From positions 71,300,001 through 71,364,000 of the forward strand of contig OZ024746.1 of NCBI GenBank assembly GCA_964016885.1: a stretch of 64,000 bases of DNA, in the 5' to 3' direction. Source of the DNA: Eledone cirrhosa (Eukaryota). The position numbers were made by a program, and so were the translations under genes. The notes beneath the pieces were generated by a model. That model searched no databases. It had not been told where the DNA came from and worked only from the letters and a program-made list of their open reading frames with translations. Of this stretch, positions 1 to 14,090 are shown piece after piece. Numbering within the stretch: the stretch's first letter is position 1; every line of letters starts with the position of its first letter.

Positions 1-3000
1 AACACGGAAGGTACACCTGGACTCGGAGGGACAACTGGTGGTTCTAGACGTCGGCAGTAGTGAAGGTGGAGCCTTCAGGCTGGTGGCAGCGTATGCCCCA
101 TCTGGGACACCGCGACCGGACTTCTTCCGACGCCTAGAGACTTTTCTGGGAACGTCTCGCTCTTTGCTTTTAGTGGGGGACTGAAAATGGTATCCTGGAT
201 GCACGTTGGGACTATGTAGGGGCATGTCCCGATAGAGGGGGGTGTAACAGCCTCAAACGGTTAATCGGCCGATTTGATCTGGCCGATAGATATCGACTAG
301 ATTTTCCGACTGTGCCACTGTGGGTGTGGACTAATCTCAGCGGAACATCTAGGTCGTACCTAGATAGGTTCCTAGTTAGAAATAAGGATAGGGACATATT
401 AAGCTGTCCACGAATGTTCATGGTTGACTATTCGGATCACAAGTTGGTGACCGGAGTGGTCAACCTTGATAGAACCCATAGACAAGGGCCCGGTTACTGG
501 AAGCTAAACTTGTCCTTACCGACAAACAAAGCTTACAGTAAGCGGATTAGCACTCTAGTTAAGCAGCGGTTGACGGGAGCAATTGTCAACAGCAGGTGGT
601 GGGGATCTCTGAAGAGAGAAATTAGAATAGAATCGATAGGTTTTAGTCAGGAATTAGCATCAGATAGGAATAGAACTGAAAGGGAATTGATAGATAGAGT
701 AGAAGAGGCGATTAGGAGTGGCAACGTGGCCGGCGTGCTGGCGTCAAGAACGGCCCTAGACCAGTTCTTTGACGCGAAGCACGAGGGCTGCATTGTCAGG
801 AGTAAAATACGTGCTCTGGGTAACGAGGGAGCCAAAGCTGTTAGAGTGAGAGAGGCAAAAAGTGGAAACAAGTCCACGATTCGGGCTTTGAAGGACCAGG
901 ATGGACGCGTGATCCTTGAACCTGAGCGGATGTGCGCGGCCTTTCAACGGCGCTTTGCACGACTGTTCGGGAGGGGCGGCGGGCCGGGTGGGGCCATGGA
1001 TTTCGGTCCATACCTCGTCGGTCTGCCGCGGCTCTCGGACGGGGAGGCGAAGTCCTGCGAAAGGTCGATTTCAACCGCTGAGATAGAGGAAGCGCTGAGC
1101 CAATGCGACAAACGCAAATCTCCCGGTCTACCATACGAACTTTATGTAGCGATGCCGGACTTGTTCTCCAATCTCCTCGAGGCGGTCTACTGCAACTGGC
1201 AACAGAACGGGAGAATTCTCAGTTCTGTGACCAAGGGCGTAGTCACGCTGGTGAGGAAAGACGAGAAGAAGGGGGATGACATAGATAACTTCGGGCCCAT
1301 AACTCTGCTAAATACAGAGTTAAAGATTTTGGCCAAGGTGTTAGCGAAGAGGTTGGCGCTTGTCGTCGGGAACCTGGTGGGAGAAGCGCAGACATGCGCA
1401 ATCCCGCCCAGGTCCATACACGACAACCTCCACCTCATGCGATAAATCGTAGAGAGGGTAGGGAACGAACCCGGCTTTGGTGGGGCCCTGATCAACTTGG
1501 ATCAATCTAAGGCGTTCGATAGGGTCGACCATCGGTACTTGGATGCGGTGCTCGCAGCGGCAGGCTTCGGACCCGTTTTCAGGGGCTGGATTGCTGCAAT
1601 GCACAGCAGCAACACCTGTTCGAGGGTCAAGGTGAACGGCTACCTCTCGGAGTCGTTCCAAATCGCGCGATCCATCCGACAGGGATGCCCTCTCTCATCC
1701 CTTCTGTATGTGCTGGCTCTGGAGCCACTACTGTGGAAGTTGGAGCTGTTGCAGGGAATCCCCTTGGAACTGGGATTGCGGAAAGCGGTGTCGGCCTACG
1801 CCGATGACGTGACAGTAATGGTGTCGTGCGCCTCAGAAATCGGGCAGATCGTCACTTTCCTGGAGGAATACGAAAGGTTTACAGGAACCAAGCTGAACCG
1901 GGACAAGTCCGTCGGTTTGCAGCTCGGAACGTGGAGAGGCAAACCGATGTCCTCCGACGGCGTCGTCGGACGCTGGACAGAGGGACCGGTGAAGCTGCTC
2001 GGGGTCTGGTTCGGACCGGACCTCCAGATGGAGAAAAACTGGGACGAGGTAACGGGCAGGATGTTTGCACTCGCCCAGAAGTGGGCCGAGTGCAAACTAT
2101 CCCTGAAAAGTCGAGCGGAGGTGGCGAACACTTATATAGCGTCCGTCATCTACTACCGCTTCACCGTCGTGCCTTGCCCAGCAAAAACGCTCGCCAAAAT
2201 GGAGCTCGTGCTCTTCCGATTTCTTTGGTGAGAAGATCCATTTGCTGTCAACACCTTTCGAACGGAGAGCTGGGGATGCCGTGACTGACGATGCGTAGAC
2301 ACGCATTAAGGTTACGGCACCTCCAGGTATTCCTCACCGGTCAGCCGGTGTGGGCCCCTTTTGTGAGGCGAGCCTTTCCGAGACTCGTCTCATTACCGAA
2401 CTGCAATCCTGGATCAAGCAAAGACCGAGAAAAATGGGCGACTGGCACATTGAATGTGCCCAGGTGCTCACGGCCCTCTGGCAAGCGGATCCGGCAATCA
2501 GTGGAGACTCAACCTCAACATTCTATAGAGGGTTGGTGCGCAGCAAGTGCGACGACGCTCTCGGAGAGGATCTGGGCATGGAGGAAGACGATCTAGCCAG
2601 TCTGTTCGGTAGGACGTTTGGCCCGGGACCGATGGACAACTTCCAAAAGTCCCTGGCATGGAAGTGCTACCGAGGAGCTCTACCGGTTCGGGACAAGCTC
2701 TACAGACACGGGCGCCCGGGTAGGGACCCCTCGAAGAAGATCTGTCCGAGATGCGTGCGTGACGAGGAAACCGTCGCGCACGCATTCGTACACTGTCCGG
2801 GCGTTGCTAACCTGTGGGGCTATGTGGAACGACTACTGTCGCGGGTGGGACCAATCCGGTTGACCACCGAGTACATTGTCATGATCAAACCGCCTCCCCC
2901 TTTCAAAAACGAAGGAGAGGCGGTTTTCCTCTGTGTGATAGCTATGGCGAAAGAGGTTGTATGGTGGATGAGGTTGAAAGGTCAGACACCTTTCTCTCCG

Positions 3001-3378
3001 GCCAACAACTGGTACTTTTTTTCAAGTACCATTTTAGAAGAAGGATCAGAATGGAGAGAGAGGTGCTCAACCCCAGCAAGTTTTATGAAAGGTGGGTGAG
3101 AGCGGCGAGAATGGCCCGAGTGTATGGGCCTTCTCTCTATATCAGCCTGTAGGTGAGAGAGGAGAAGAAAGAGGAGAGGAAGGGAGCACCCGCTGTTTGT
3201 ACTCCTGAGGAGGAGGGTTGCACATTTTTTTCGGGGGTGTGTGCGACCCATTGAGGACTTCGATTGTTGAATTTTATTTGTTATATGTTTTTACACGTCC
3301 TTTGAAATGTATGTAAACCCCCCCCCCTTGTATTTGTCCCAATCTTTGATGCCCTGGTGGCAAATAAATAGAAAGTTA
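1..3378 (+). mobile_element. Degenerate Tx1/L1-group non-LTR retrotransposon (ORF2 APE-RT-zinc finger, 3' UTR), 5' part outside the window
   Basis: Endonuclease C-terminus (SYLDRFLV, YSDHKLV, GPGYWKLN), RT motifs (KSPG, PITLLNTELKILAK, DQSKAFDRVDH, SIRQGCPLS, AYADDV at ~1797-1808) and CPRC..ETVAHAFVHC zinc finger. Split by stops and frameshifts into ORFs 312-1445, 1497-2231, 2350-3099 and 2814-3152. Ends caaataaatagaaagtta followed by (TATC)-like repeats. Confidence 0.93.
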
Positions 3379-3761
3379 TCTATCTAGCTAGCTATTTATC
3401 TATCTGTTTGTCTATCTGTCTACTCCACCACGTCTCTCTTATTCTACAATTGTACAATTTCAACTGTTTTCTTTTTTATTAGCGGAAGTGACCTTTAACG
3501 AAAGTAGGGCAACGCCTACAGTCAAATAACTTGTATCATTATTGTAGTAGTTATTGTTGTTGTGGTTATTATTGTCGTTGTTACTGTTGTATTTACTGCT
3601 GTTATTGTTATGTGGTTATTGTTGTTGTTTTAGTTAATGTTTTCGGTGATAATGCCTTGTACTACACAAAACCACAAAGTTTAGGAAGAATAAATCAATG
3701 TTGATGAAAACAGTCTCTTATTTCATGACTGAGATATGTTTTACTTTGCCCTTCCGAGAAA

Positions 3762-4555
3762 ATTAACCCATTTTGTTACCATATTTCTAATGACAGACAC
3801 TGCCTATGATTTTATAATAATTTTGGAAATAATCAAATATTTGGAGGACTTTAGTATAACTAAGTTTTTCAATATTAAGCTGATACTTCAAACATAAAAA
3901 AATATTCTTAAATAAAATTATGGAGGGTTTATTAACTCTTAAACCCATTCACTACCACATTTTCTAATGACAGCTACAACCTATACATTTAAAATAATTT
4001 TGAAAAGAATTTGGAGGGATTTGGTAATATAACTAAATTTCTCATTATTGGCAGTATCGGTAGAGCGTCAGACACCATGCTTTGTTTTCAGCATAGAGTT
4101 ATGGCCCTTTACGCTCTGAGTTCAAATCCCGCCGAGATTAACTTTACCTTTCCTCCTTACGGGGTCGATAAAATAAACCACCAGTAATGCACTGGGGGAA
4201 TTACTGGCCTTGTGCCAAAAGTAGAAACAATTATTAAGCTGGTGTTTAGAACATAAAAATGTTCTTTAAAAAACGGGTCTTAGATAAATATTAACACTTT
4301 AACCCTTTCGTTACCATATTTCTAATGGAAGACACTACCTTTGGTTTTCAAATAATTTTGAAAATAATCAAGAATTTGTAGGGATTTAGTAATATAACAA
4401 ACTTTTCCCTTAAGTTTGTGTTTGGAATATAACAAATATTCTTATGTAAAATTATGATGGAAGTTGTTTTTATATAAATATTAATATTTTATAACAAACA
4501 GCTTAGTATCTTTGAACCAGAAGCAGTTTTGGCTGGTTGGTCTCAAAAGGGTTGA
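3762..4555 (+). mobile_element. piggyBac-type MITE (4303-4551) preceded by two degenerate tandem copies of its left part (~3762, ~3939)
   Basis: TTAA|CCCTTTCGTTACCA ... TGGTCTCAAAAGGG|TTGA gives imperfect TIRs and a TTAA-like TSD. The related start 'aaccca..ttaccatatttctaatga' recurs at 3764 and 3942. A similar short element lies at ~62811-62867. Confidence 0.55.
4049..4235 (+). mobile_element. tRNA-derived SINE family A (Nin/Deu-like central domain)
   Basis: A-box-like tggcagtatcggtag, B-box gagttcaaatccc, core 'ctttcctccttacggggtcgataaaataaa' and tail gtagaaacaattatt. Inserted inside a MITE-derived repeat. Confidence 0.8.
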
Positions 4556-4604
4556 AAACTCGAATCTACACCACTAGAATGTAGCTAAGTAATTCAATCC
4601 CTTT

Positions 4605-4770
4605 CGCAGCCAGTAATCCAACCACATACCCTTCCAGCCACCAAGCTAGCCAGTAATCCAACCACATACCCTTCCAGCCACCAAGCCAGCCAGTAATCCA
4701 ACCAGCTACCCTGCCAGCCCTCAAGCCAGCCAACCAGCTACCCAACCAGCCACCAAGCCAGCCAACCAGC
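4605..4770 (-). repeat. Short (~4 unit) copy of the 40-bp minisatellite, in opposite orientation to 7262-10498
   Basis: gccagtaatccaaccacatacccttccagccaccaag units are the reverse complement of the large array's unit. Confidence 0.75.
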
Positions 4771-4882
4771 ACGGCTTATCATATTCGTTTTATAATAGGT
4801 TTTTATTGATTTGTGTTTGTATTTTGTTCATATTTTTGTTTAAGAGGGCGACTGGGAGAAAATTAAGCTTTTAAAAATTATA

Positions 4883-5002
<120 letters not shown>

Positions 5003-5103
5003 TTGATATATATAAATATATATATGTGAATGCGTATGTATGTACACACACACACTTACACACACACACACATATATATATATATATGTATGTGTGTTTG
5101 TAG

Positions 5104-5135
<32 letters not shown>

Positions 5136-5161
5136 TTGTGTGTGTGTATATATATAAATAA

Positions 5162-5220
<59 letters not shown>

Positions 5221-5728
5221 AAAACACAGATAGATAGAAAGATAGATAGATAGACAGCAGCGGCTTTCAAATGATTTCGTCTTACAGTGAGCAGATTATA
5301 ACTGAGAATTATGATATGTGTATGTGCGTATGTGTGTATGTGTGTATGAGTCAGTCTGTCTGTTTACTTAGACCTCATTACACACAGATGTATACTGCAC
5401 ACTATACGACACATTATGAAAATGTAAGAGGGATATTATAATAAGAATCTCCCCCTTGTTGAGAAAATATCCAATAGAAAGAAGCAACCACATCATCTCA
5501 TACAACACAAAGCTGGTTTCACAGTGAGCCACTTGCCTTTACTTCTCTCTTTCTCTAACTGACCACTTACTATTTCCTGCCTTGGAGAACGACAGGACGT
5601 TTGAAGGACATCACCTACATCATGGTGCTAGTGTAGGATTACATTGAAGGATCCCAAGAACTCCACTGACATTCATGTGATCTTGAAGAACCCAGTCGGG
5701 TTAACGTGACATTTTTCAAATTATACTT

Positions 5729-5787
<59 letters not shown>

Positions 5788-5849
5788 TTACAGATGCATT
5801 TATGCTTTCTGATTTTCCAGTGTTGTTACTTGTCTAATGTCTGTTTCGA

Positions 5850-6077
5850 GCCCGGAGGCTCTCCAGGCCGGTACTTATCCTGGTTTCCGTGGCGTGAAGC
5901 GAAAGCGAATACAAGACAATTGCTATTGCTGGTACTCATTTTCAGTTGAGTATACTGGAGCAACGTGAAATGAAGTGTTTTGCTCAAGAACACAACACAC
6001 AACCTCGTCAAGGAATCGAACCCACGACATTATGATCGTAAGTACAACATCCTTACCACTAGGTGACGCGCCTCCAC
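5850..6077 (-). mobile_element. tRNA-derived SINE family B (CORE-like)
   Basis: Minus strand reads ggaggcgcgtcacctagtggtaagg ... gggttcgattcc (A and B boxes) then gttgtgttcttgagcaaaacacttcatttcac (CORE-like). Other copies at ~6930-7080 (-), 25970-26160 (+) and 62565-62780 (+). Confidence 0.75.
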
Positions 6078-6192
6078 GTTGCTACTTGGGGCTTGGATAA
6101 TAAGCTGTTCCGTTTTTTAAATCCATTTTTTAGATTCATTCTTTAAATCTATATTTTAAATCCATTCTCTAAACCCATTATTTAAATCTATT

Positions 6193-7250
6193 CAACTCCC
6201 GCCGAGGTTAAATTCGCCTTTCATCCTTACGGGGTCGATAAAATAAAGTACCAGTAGCGCACAGGTATCGATTTAATCGACTTTCCCCTCCCTCAAAATT
6301 TCTGGCCTTGTACTTAAATCAGAAACCATTATTTGATATAAGATGGTGGTGGATTGGCAGTATCGGTAGAGGGTCGGACGCCATGCTTTCCAGCATAGTT
6401 ACGTCCCTTTACGACCTGAGTTCAAATCCCGCCGAGGTTGACTTTGCCTTTCATCCTTACGGGGTCGATAAAATAAAGTACCAGTAGCGCACAGGTATCG
6501 ATTTAATCGACTTTCCCCTCCCTCAAAATTTCTGGCCTTGTACTTAAATCAGAAACCATTATTTGATATAAGATGATTTGCAGAATCGTTAGAGTAGTCG
6601 GTAAAAATGACTTACGGTGTTTTGAAAAAAACCCTGAGTTACGTTCTACTCATATCAATTTTGCTTTTAATCCATCCGGTATCGATAAATATAAAGTATA
6701 TGTCAAGTACTGGGGATGATATAATTGACTAAACTTTCTCACTAACAAATGTCTGAACTTGCACTTAAGTTACAAACAATTATTATTGTAGAAAGGCGAA
6801 TTTGCAGAATAGTTAAAGCGTGTGATAAAAATGTCATTCAGTATTTATTCAGGAAGTTTACATCGACAGTCGATCGACTTTCGTCAAATCGGACCGAGGA
6901 AACAATGTTTCCATTGGTCTTTCCAATTGCTAATACTTTCTATCGGTCGCAACTCCAGGTAGAAGGAGCCACGTGAAATAAAGTGTCTTGCTCAAGCAAC
7001 ATAACGCATCGCACGGTCCGGGGATCGAACTCACAACCCCATGATTGAGAGTCCAGTTCTCTAACCACTCAGCCACGCATGAAGGTAAAGTTTACATACT
7101 GAGTTCAAATACCACCGAGGTCACCTTTGCTGTTCATCCTTCCGATATTGATACATATAAAGTGTCTGGCACTGGAGTTCATATAATCCACTTCCCGTCC
7201 CCTTCACCAAATTTCTGGCCTTGGGCCTAAGTTAGAAACAATTATTATTA
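6193..7250 (+). mobile_element. SINE cluster: family A copies at 6193-6335 (truncated), 6345-6572 (full), degenerate 6572-6785 and 7095-7250, plus a family B copy on the minus strand
   Basis: Repeated core gcctttcatccttacggggtcgataaaataaagtaccag. 6197-6345 and 6428-6575 are near-identical direct copies. Confidence 0.8.
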
Positions 7251-7261
7251 GAACTAAGGGC

Positions 7262-10200
7262 CTTGATGGTGGCTGGCAGGGTAGCTGGTTGGATAGCTGG
7301 CTGGCTTGGTGGCTGGCTTGGTGGCTGGCAGGGTAGCTGGTTGGATAGCTGGCTGGCTTGGTGGCTGGCAGGGTAGCTGGTTGGATAGCTGGCTGGCTTG
7401 GTGGCTGGCTTGGTGGCTGGCAGGGTTGATGGCTGGATGGTTGGCTGGCTTGGTGGCTGGCAGGGTAGATGGTTGGATAGCTGGCTGGCTTGGTGGCTGG
7501 CTTGGTGGCTGGCAGGGTAGATGGTTGGATAGCTGGCTGGCTTGGTGGCTGGCAGGGTAGATGGCTGGATGGTTGGCTGGCTTGGTGGCTGGCAGGGTAG
7601 ATGGTTGGATAGCTGGCTGGCTTGGTGGCTGGCAGGGTAGATGGCTGGATGGCTGGCCGGGTTGGTGGCTGGCAGGGTAGATGGCTGGATAGCTGGCTGG
7701 CTTGGTGGCTGGCAGGGTAGATGGTTGGATAGCTGGCTGGCTTGGTGGCTGGCAGGGTAGATGGTTGGATAGCTGGCTGGCTTGGTGGCTGGCAGGGTAG
7801 ATGGCTGGATAGCTGGCTGGCTTGGTGGCTGGCAGGGTAGCTGGTTGGATAGCTGGCTGGCTTGGTGGCTGGCAGGGTAGATGGCTGGATGGCTGGCCGG
7901 GTTGGTGGCTGGCAGGGTAGATGGCTGGATAGCTGGCTGGCTTGGTGGCTGGCAGGGTAGATGGTTGGATAGCTGGCTGGCTTGGTGGCTGGCAGGGTAG
8001 ATGGTTGGATAGCTGGCTGGCTTGGTGGCTGGCAGGGTAGATGGCTGGATAGCTGGCTGGCTTGGTGGCTGGCAGGGTAGCTGGTTGGATAGCTGGCTGG
8101 CTTGGTGGCTGGCAGGGTAGATGGCTGGATGGCTGGCCGGGTTGGTGGCTGGCAGGGTAGATGTCTGGATAGCTGGCTGGCTTGGTGGCTGGCAGGGTAG
8201 ATGGTTGGATAGCTGGCTGGCTTGGTGGCTGGCAGGGTAGATGGTTGGATAGCTGGCTGGCTTGGTGGCTGGCAGGGTAGATGGTTGGATAGCTGGCTGG
8301 CTTGGTGGCTGGCAGGGTAGATGGTTGGATAGCTGGCTGGCTTGGTGGCTGGCAGGGTAGATGGTTGGATAGCTGGCTGGCTTGGTGGCTGGCTTGGTGG
8401 CTGGCAGGGTAGATGGTTGGATAGCTGGCTGGCTTGGTGGCTGGCTTGGTGGCTGGCAGGGTAGCTGGTTGGATAGCTGGCTGGCTTGGTGGCTGGCTTG
8501 GTGGCTGGCAGGGTAGATGGTTGGATAGCTGGCTGGCTTGGTGGCTGGCTTGGTGGCTGGCAGGGTAGATGGTTGGATAGCTGGCTGGCTTGGTGGCTGG
8601 CTTGGTGGCTGGCAGGGTAGATGGTTGGATAGCTGGCTGGCTTGGTGGCTGGCAGGGTAGATGGCTGGATAGCTGGCTGGCTTGGTGGCTGGCAGGGTAG
8701 CTGGTTGGATAGCTGGCTGGCTTGGTGGCTGGCTTGGTGGCTGGCAGGGTAGATGGTTGGATAGCTGGCTGGCTTGGTGGCTGGCTTGGTGGCTGGCAGG
8801 GTAGATGGTTGGATAGCTGGCTGGCTTGGTGGCTGGCAGGGTAGATGGTTGGATAGCTGGCTGGCTTGGTGGCTGGCAGGGTAGCTGGTTGGATAGCTGG
8901 CTGGCTTGGTGGCTGGCTTGGTGCCTGGCAGAGTACTGGTTGGATAGCTGGCTGGCTTGGCGGCTGGATTGGTGGCTGGCAGGGTAGATGGTTGGATAGC
9001 TGGCTGGCTTGGTGGCTGGCAGGGTAGCTGGTTGGATAGCTGGCTGGCTTGGTGGCTGGCAGGGTAGCTGGTTGGATAGCTGGCTGGCTTGGTGGCTGGC
9101 TTGGTGCCTGGCAGAGTACTGGTTGGATAGCTGGCTGGCTTGGCGGCTGGATTGGTGGCTGGCAGGGTAGATGGTTGGATAGCTGGCTGGCTTTGTGGCT
9201 GGCAGGGTAGCTGGTTGGATAGCTGGCTGGCTTGGTGGCTGGCAGGGTGGATGGTTGGATAGCTGGCTGGCTTGGTGGCTGGCAGGGTAGCTGGTTGGAT
9301 AGCTGGCTGGCTTGGTGGCTGGCTTGGTGGCTGGCTTGGTGGCTGGCAGGGTAGATGGTTGGATAGCTGGCTGGCTTGGTGGCTGGCAGGGTAGATGGTT
9401 GGATAGCTGGCTGGCTTGGTGGCTGGCAGGGTAGCTGGTTGGATAGCTGGCTGGCTTGGTGGCTGGCAGGGTAGCTGGTTGGATAGCTGGCTGGCTTTGT
9501 GGCTGGCTTGGTGGCTGGCAGGGTAGATGGCTGGCTTGGTGGCTGGCAGGGTAGATGGCTGGATAGCTGGCTGGCTTGGTGGCTGGCTTGGTGGCTGGCA
9601 GGGTAGATGGTTGGATAGCTGGCTGGCTTTGTGGCTGGCTTGGTGGCTGGCAGGGTACTGGTTGGATAGCTGGCTGGCTTGGTGGCTGGCTTGGTGGCTG
9701 GCAGGGTACTGGTTGGATAGCTGGCTGGCTTGGTGGCTGGCTTGGTGGCTGGCAGGGTACTGGTTGGATAGCTGGCTGGCTTGGTGGCTGGCTTGGTGGC
9801 TGGCAGGGTAGATGGTTGGATAGCTGGCTGGCTTGGTGGCTGGCAGGGTAGATGGTTGGATAGCTGGCTGGCTTTGTGGCTGGCTTGGTGGCTGGCAGGG
9901 TACTGGTTGGATAGCTGGCTGGCTTGGTGGCTGGCTTGGTGGCTGGCAGGGTACTGGTTGGATAGCTGGCTGGCTTGGTGGCTGGCTTGGTGGCTGGCAG
10001 GGTACTGGTTGGATAGCTGGCTGGCTTGGTGGCTGGCTTGGTGGCTGGCAGGGTAGATGGCTGGATAGCTGGCTGGATAGCTGGCTGGCTTGGTGGCTGG
10101 CAGGGTAGATGGCTGGATAGCTGGCTGGCTTGGTGGCTGGCAGGGTAGATGGCTGGATGGCTGGCTGGATTTGTGGCTGGCTTGGTGGCTGGCAGGGTAG

Positions 10201-10498
10201 ATGGCTGGATGGATGGCTGGATTTGTGGCTGGCTTGGTGGCTGGCAGGGTAGATGGCTGGATGGCTGGCTGGATTTGTGGATGGCTTGGTGGCTGGCAGG
10301 GTATATGGTTGGATAGCTGGTTGGCTTGGTGGCTGGCAGGGTAGATGGTTGGATGGCTGGCTGGCTTTGTGGCTGGCTTGGTGGCTGGCAGGGTAGATGG
10401 CTGGAAAGCTGGCTGGCTTGGTGGCTGGCAGGGTAGATGGCTGGATAGCTGGCTGGCTTGGTGGCTGGCAGGGTAGATGGCTGGAAAGCTGGCTGGCT
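7262..10498. repeat. 40-bp GC-rich minisatellite (ggctggcttggtggctggcagggtagatggttggatagct) with 12-bp (ggcttggtggct) insertion variants
   Basis: Direct tandem periodicity of 40/52 bp over ~3.2 kb. Produces the spurious 1101-aa ORF. Confidence 0.97.
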
Positions 10499-10614
10499 AT
10501 CTCCTTCACCTTTGTGGTTTCCCTACAAGCAGTGAAACCTTAACCAAACAAACACCACTTATAAAAGTGGGGGATATGTTTGAAGAGCTCCTTCATTATT
10601 ACCAATATCATCCT

Positions 10615-10686
10615 CTTCCAAACACACACTCATACATACACACACATACACGTGATCACACACTCACACATACACTAGTTCACACA

Positions 10687-10726
<40 letters not shown>

Positions 10727-11875
10727 CTAGCTCACACCCACACGCGGTCACTCTCACTCACACACACATACACACATGCACTCCCACACGCCCACACTCA
10801 CCCAGTCACACGCATACACGCGTTCACACACCCACACACATAAATATACGCTCTCACACTCTCACACACACACATACACGCGTTCACACACCCACACATA
10901 TACGCTCTCACACACATACACGCGTTCACACAGTCATCCTCACACATACACGCTCTCTCACACACACACATAACGCGCGCACACTCACACTCTCATACAT
11001 GCGTTCATACACTCAGCCACACACATACATACGCTCACACAATCCGACTCTCCTACACGGATTTACACACTCACGCACACACACATACACGGATTTACAC
11101 ACTCACACACACACACATATACAGATTTACACACTCACACAAACACACACGTACACGGGTTTACACACTCACACACACACGCTCACACACACTCACACAC
11201 ACACTGTGTTTCCATAGAATAATAAGTTTTAATTGATATTGTCCTGATCATTAATGCGGTGTTGTCTCTAAAGTGTATGTATCAGTGTGTGACAATGTGT
11301 GTGTCAATGTGTGTGTGTGTGTGTGTGTTACAGTGTGTGTGTGTGTGTGTGTATGACAGTGTGTATATGTGTATGACAGTGTGTGCGCCAGTGTGTATGT
11401 GTACCTGTATGTCTACATAGATCTATTTTTCTATGTTGTTCTCAGTATGCGCGCGCGTGTATATGTGTGTGTATGTTGTTCTCAGTGTGTGCCTATGTGT
11501 GTGTGTGTGTGTATGTGTGTGTGTGTGTGTCTGTGTGAGTGTGTGTGTCTGTGTGTGCGTGTGTCTTTGTGTTCATTTGAGCGTGTGTGTTTGTGTGTGT
11601 GTGTTTGTGAATATTTGTGTGTATTTGTGTGTGTTTGTGTGTATTTGTGTGTGTGTGCGTTTGTGCGTATTTGTATGTATTTGTGTGCGTTTGTGTGTCT
11701 TTGTGTTCATTTGAGTGTGTGTGTGTGTGTGTGTGTGTGTTTGTTTGTGCGTATTTGTGTGTATTTGTGTGTGTTTGTGTGTCTTTGTGTTCATTTGAGT
11801 GTGTGTGTTTGTGTGTGTTTGTGTGTGTTTGTGTGTGTTTGTGTGTGTTTGTGTGTGTTTGTGTGTGTTTGTGTA
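10615..11875. repeat. Degenerate (CA)n then (TG)n low-complexity tracts
   Basis: Direct inspection. Confidence 0.9.
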
Positions 11876-11972
11876 TGATGATAGTGATTACGATAATGAA
11901 GACAATGACGTCAGTGATGACGGATACTTATGAGGATGATGGTGATTGTAATCGTGATGACGATGAATAATA

Positions 11973-12124
11973 TAATTGTTTCTACTTTTGGCACAAGGCC
12001 AGCAATTATACCAGTGTATTACTGGTACTTTATTTTATCGACTCCGTAAGGATGAAAGGCAAAGTTTACCTCGGCGGGATTTGAACTCAGATCATAAAGG
12101 GCCGTAACTCTTTGCTGAATGGCG
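11973..12124 (-). mobile_element. SINE family A copy
   Basis: aattgtttctact..ggcacaaggccagcaatt..actggtactttattttatcgac..ggatgaaaggcaaag..ggcgggatttgaactcag. Confidence 0.8.
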
Positions 12125-12620
12125 TTAATGGTGATAATAATAATGAGGATAATGGCGACGGTGAGAATAATTATGATGGTTGCCTTGATATATGATGAAT
12201 GAGATGGTTATTCTGATGATAGTGATAACGATTATGATGGTGATTATTATAGTGATGATGGCTATGATAATGAAGTGGGGATTATTATAGTGATGATGGC
12301 TATGATAATAAAGCGGGGATCGGCAAAAGACAGCCATTCTGTTTTTTAGAAGCCTTACTTACCTTCCTATATATATGCCTGGCTAACTATATGTCTCTTT
12401 GCATGTTTCCTTGTCTACCTGTGTCCCAATCTCTAACTTGTGTGCGTGGTACATGCGTGTGTGAGTATATATGTATATGCAGGTGTGTATTTCTGAGTGT
12501 ATGTCTGTACTAAGGTTTCCACGCCACAATATATAATCATACATATGCAACGCACACACATATATGTCTCTCTCTCTTTCTGTCTGTCTGCCTCTCTCTC
12601 GCTCTCTGTCTCTCCATGTG

Positions 12621-12728
<108 letters not shown>

Positions 12729-13089
12729 ATACAATAATACATATAATTATAATATATATATATTTTTTTTACGAGTTAGGTCACATATCCACACCACCAA
12801 CCTCACCAGGTGCCCTACCACGAAGCCCACCACCAGCTCTTACATCTCAATGAAGCACTTTCCTATATTACACCATCCACCCTAATCAACACTTAGAGTC
12901 ACTCATCTCACTCCCATACAAACCTTTACTAATTCTAAGTGGTCATCTTGAACGGGGGTCTTTGTTTGTTTGGTCGTCTTCCCAGCTTTTTCTATGTAAA
13001 ACCATATATTGTAAGCAATCCTTATATTTGTGTTTCTGTGTTTATGTATACTAAATATACTAAAGGTGTTTATGTGTTAATGTAGGTTG

Positions 13090-13625
13090 CGTGTAGTAGA
13101 TATAATTAAGGGGAGAGTTTGGTGTCATTCATATAGAGAGGGGTACTGGAAGAGAGTTCGGTGTAGTAGATATAGAGAGGGGGAGAGTTTGGTGCTAAGT
13201 TATATAGAGAAGGGGGATTGGATGAGAGTTCTGTGCAGTAGATATAGAGAGAGGAACACTATGGTGGTAATGAATAGAGTGAGAGGATTGATAGAGATAG
13301 GATTTTATAGATATAGAGAGGGGTAGAGTTTGGTAGTGATGGATAGAGTGAGTGAATGAGAAAGTGTTGTATGGTAGATGTAGAGAGTGGGATAGTTTGG
13401 GATAGAGAGGGGGAGAGGTTGATGTTTATTGACATAGAGAGAGGGATTGGAAGAGAATTCCGTGTAGTATATATAGAGGGGTGGGTGGGAGTTTGGCGTT
13501 AATTGAAATAGAGAGGGGTATTGGAAGAGAGTACCGTGCAGTAGATATATAAAGGGGGAGAGTTTGGTGCTAATTTATATAGAGAAGGCGGATTGGATGA
13601 GAGTCCCATGCAGTAGATATATCCA
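13090..13625. repeat. Degenerate purine-rich tandem repeat (gtagatatagagagggggagagtttgg-like)
   Basis: Recurring tagatatagagag/gagagttt motifs. Confidence 0.6.
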
Positions 13626-13768
13626 GGATGTGAAAGCTGGACGGACAGAAGGCTGCACCAGCACCGGTTTGGTGTTTTCTTTATCAAACTCAAAAGGATG
13701 AAAGACAAAGTTGGTTTGGGCGGCGTGTTTGAACGTATACACGCAGACACACATACACACACACACAC

Positions 13769-13854
<86 letters not shown>

Positions 13855-13857
13855 CTA

Positions 13858-13907
<50 letters not shown>

Positions 13908-13920
13908 TATATATATATAA

Positions 13921-13975
<55 letters not shown>

Positions 13976-14012
13976 TAAATATATAGATAAATATATATAT
14001 ATATTTATATAT

Positions 14013-14090
<78 letters not shown>

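Noticed and set aside
5990-6077. tRNA genes at SINE heads (also 6345, 25970, 15700, 51290)
   Set aside because: A and B boxes are present but there is no complete cloverleaf. Where readable, the heads continue into SINE bodies.
7204-10509. 1101-aa Pro/Gln/Ser-rich ORF
   Set aside because: Translation of a 40-bp minisatellite whose unit is not a multiple of 3 and lacks stops on that strand. No unique domain.
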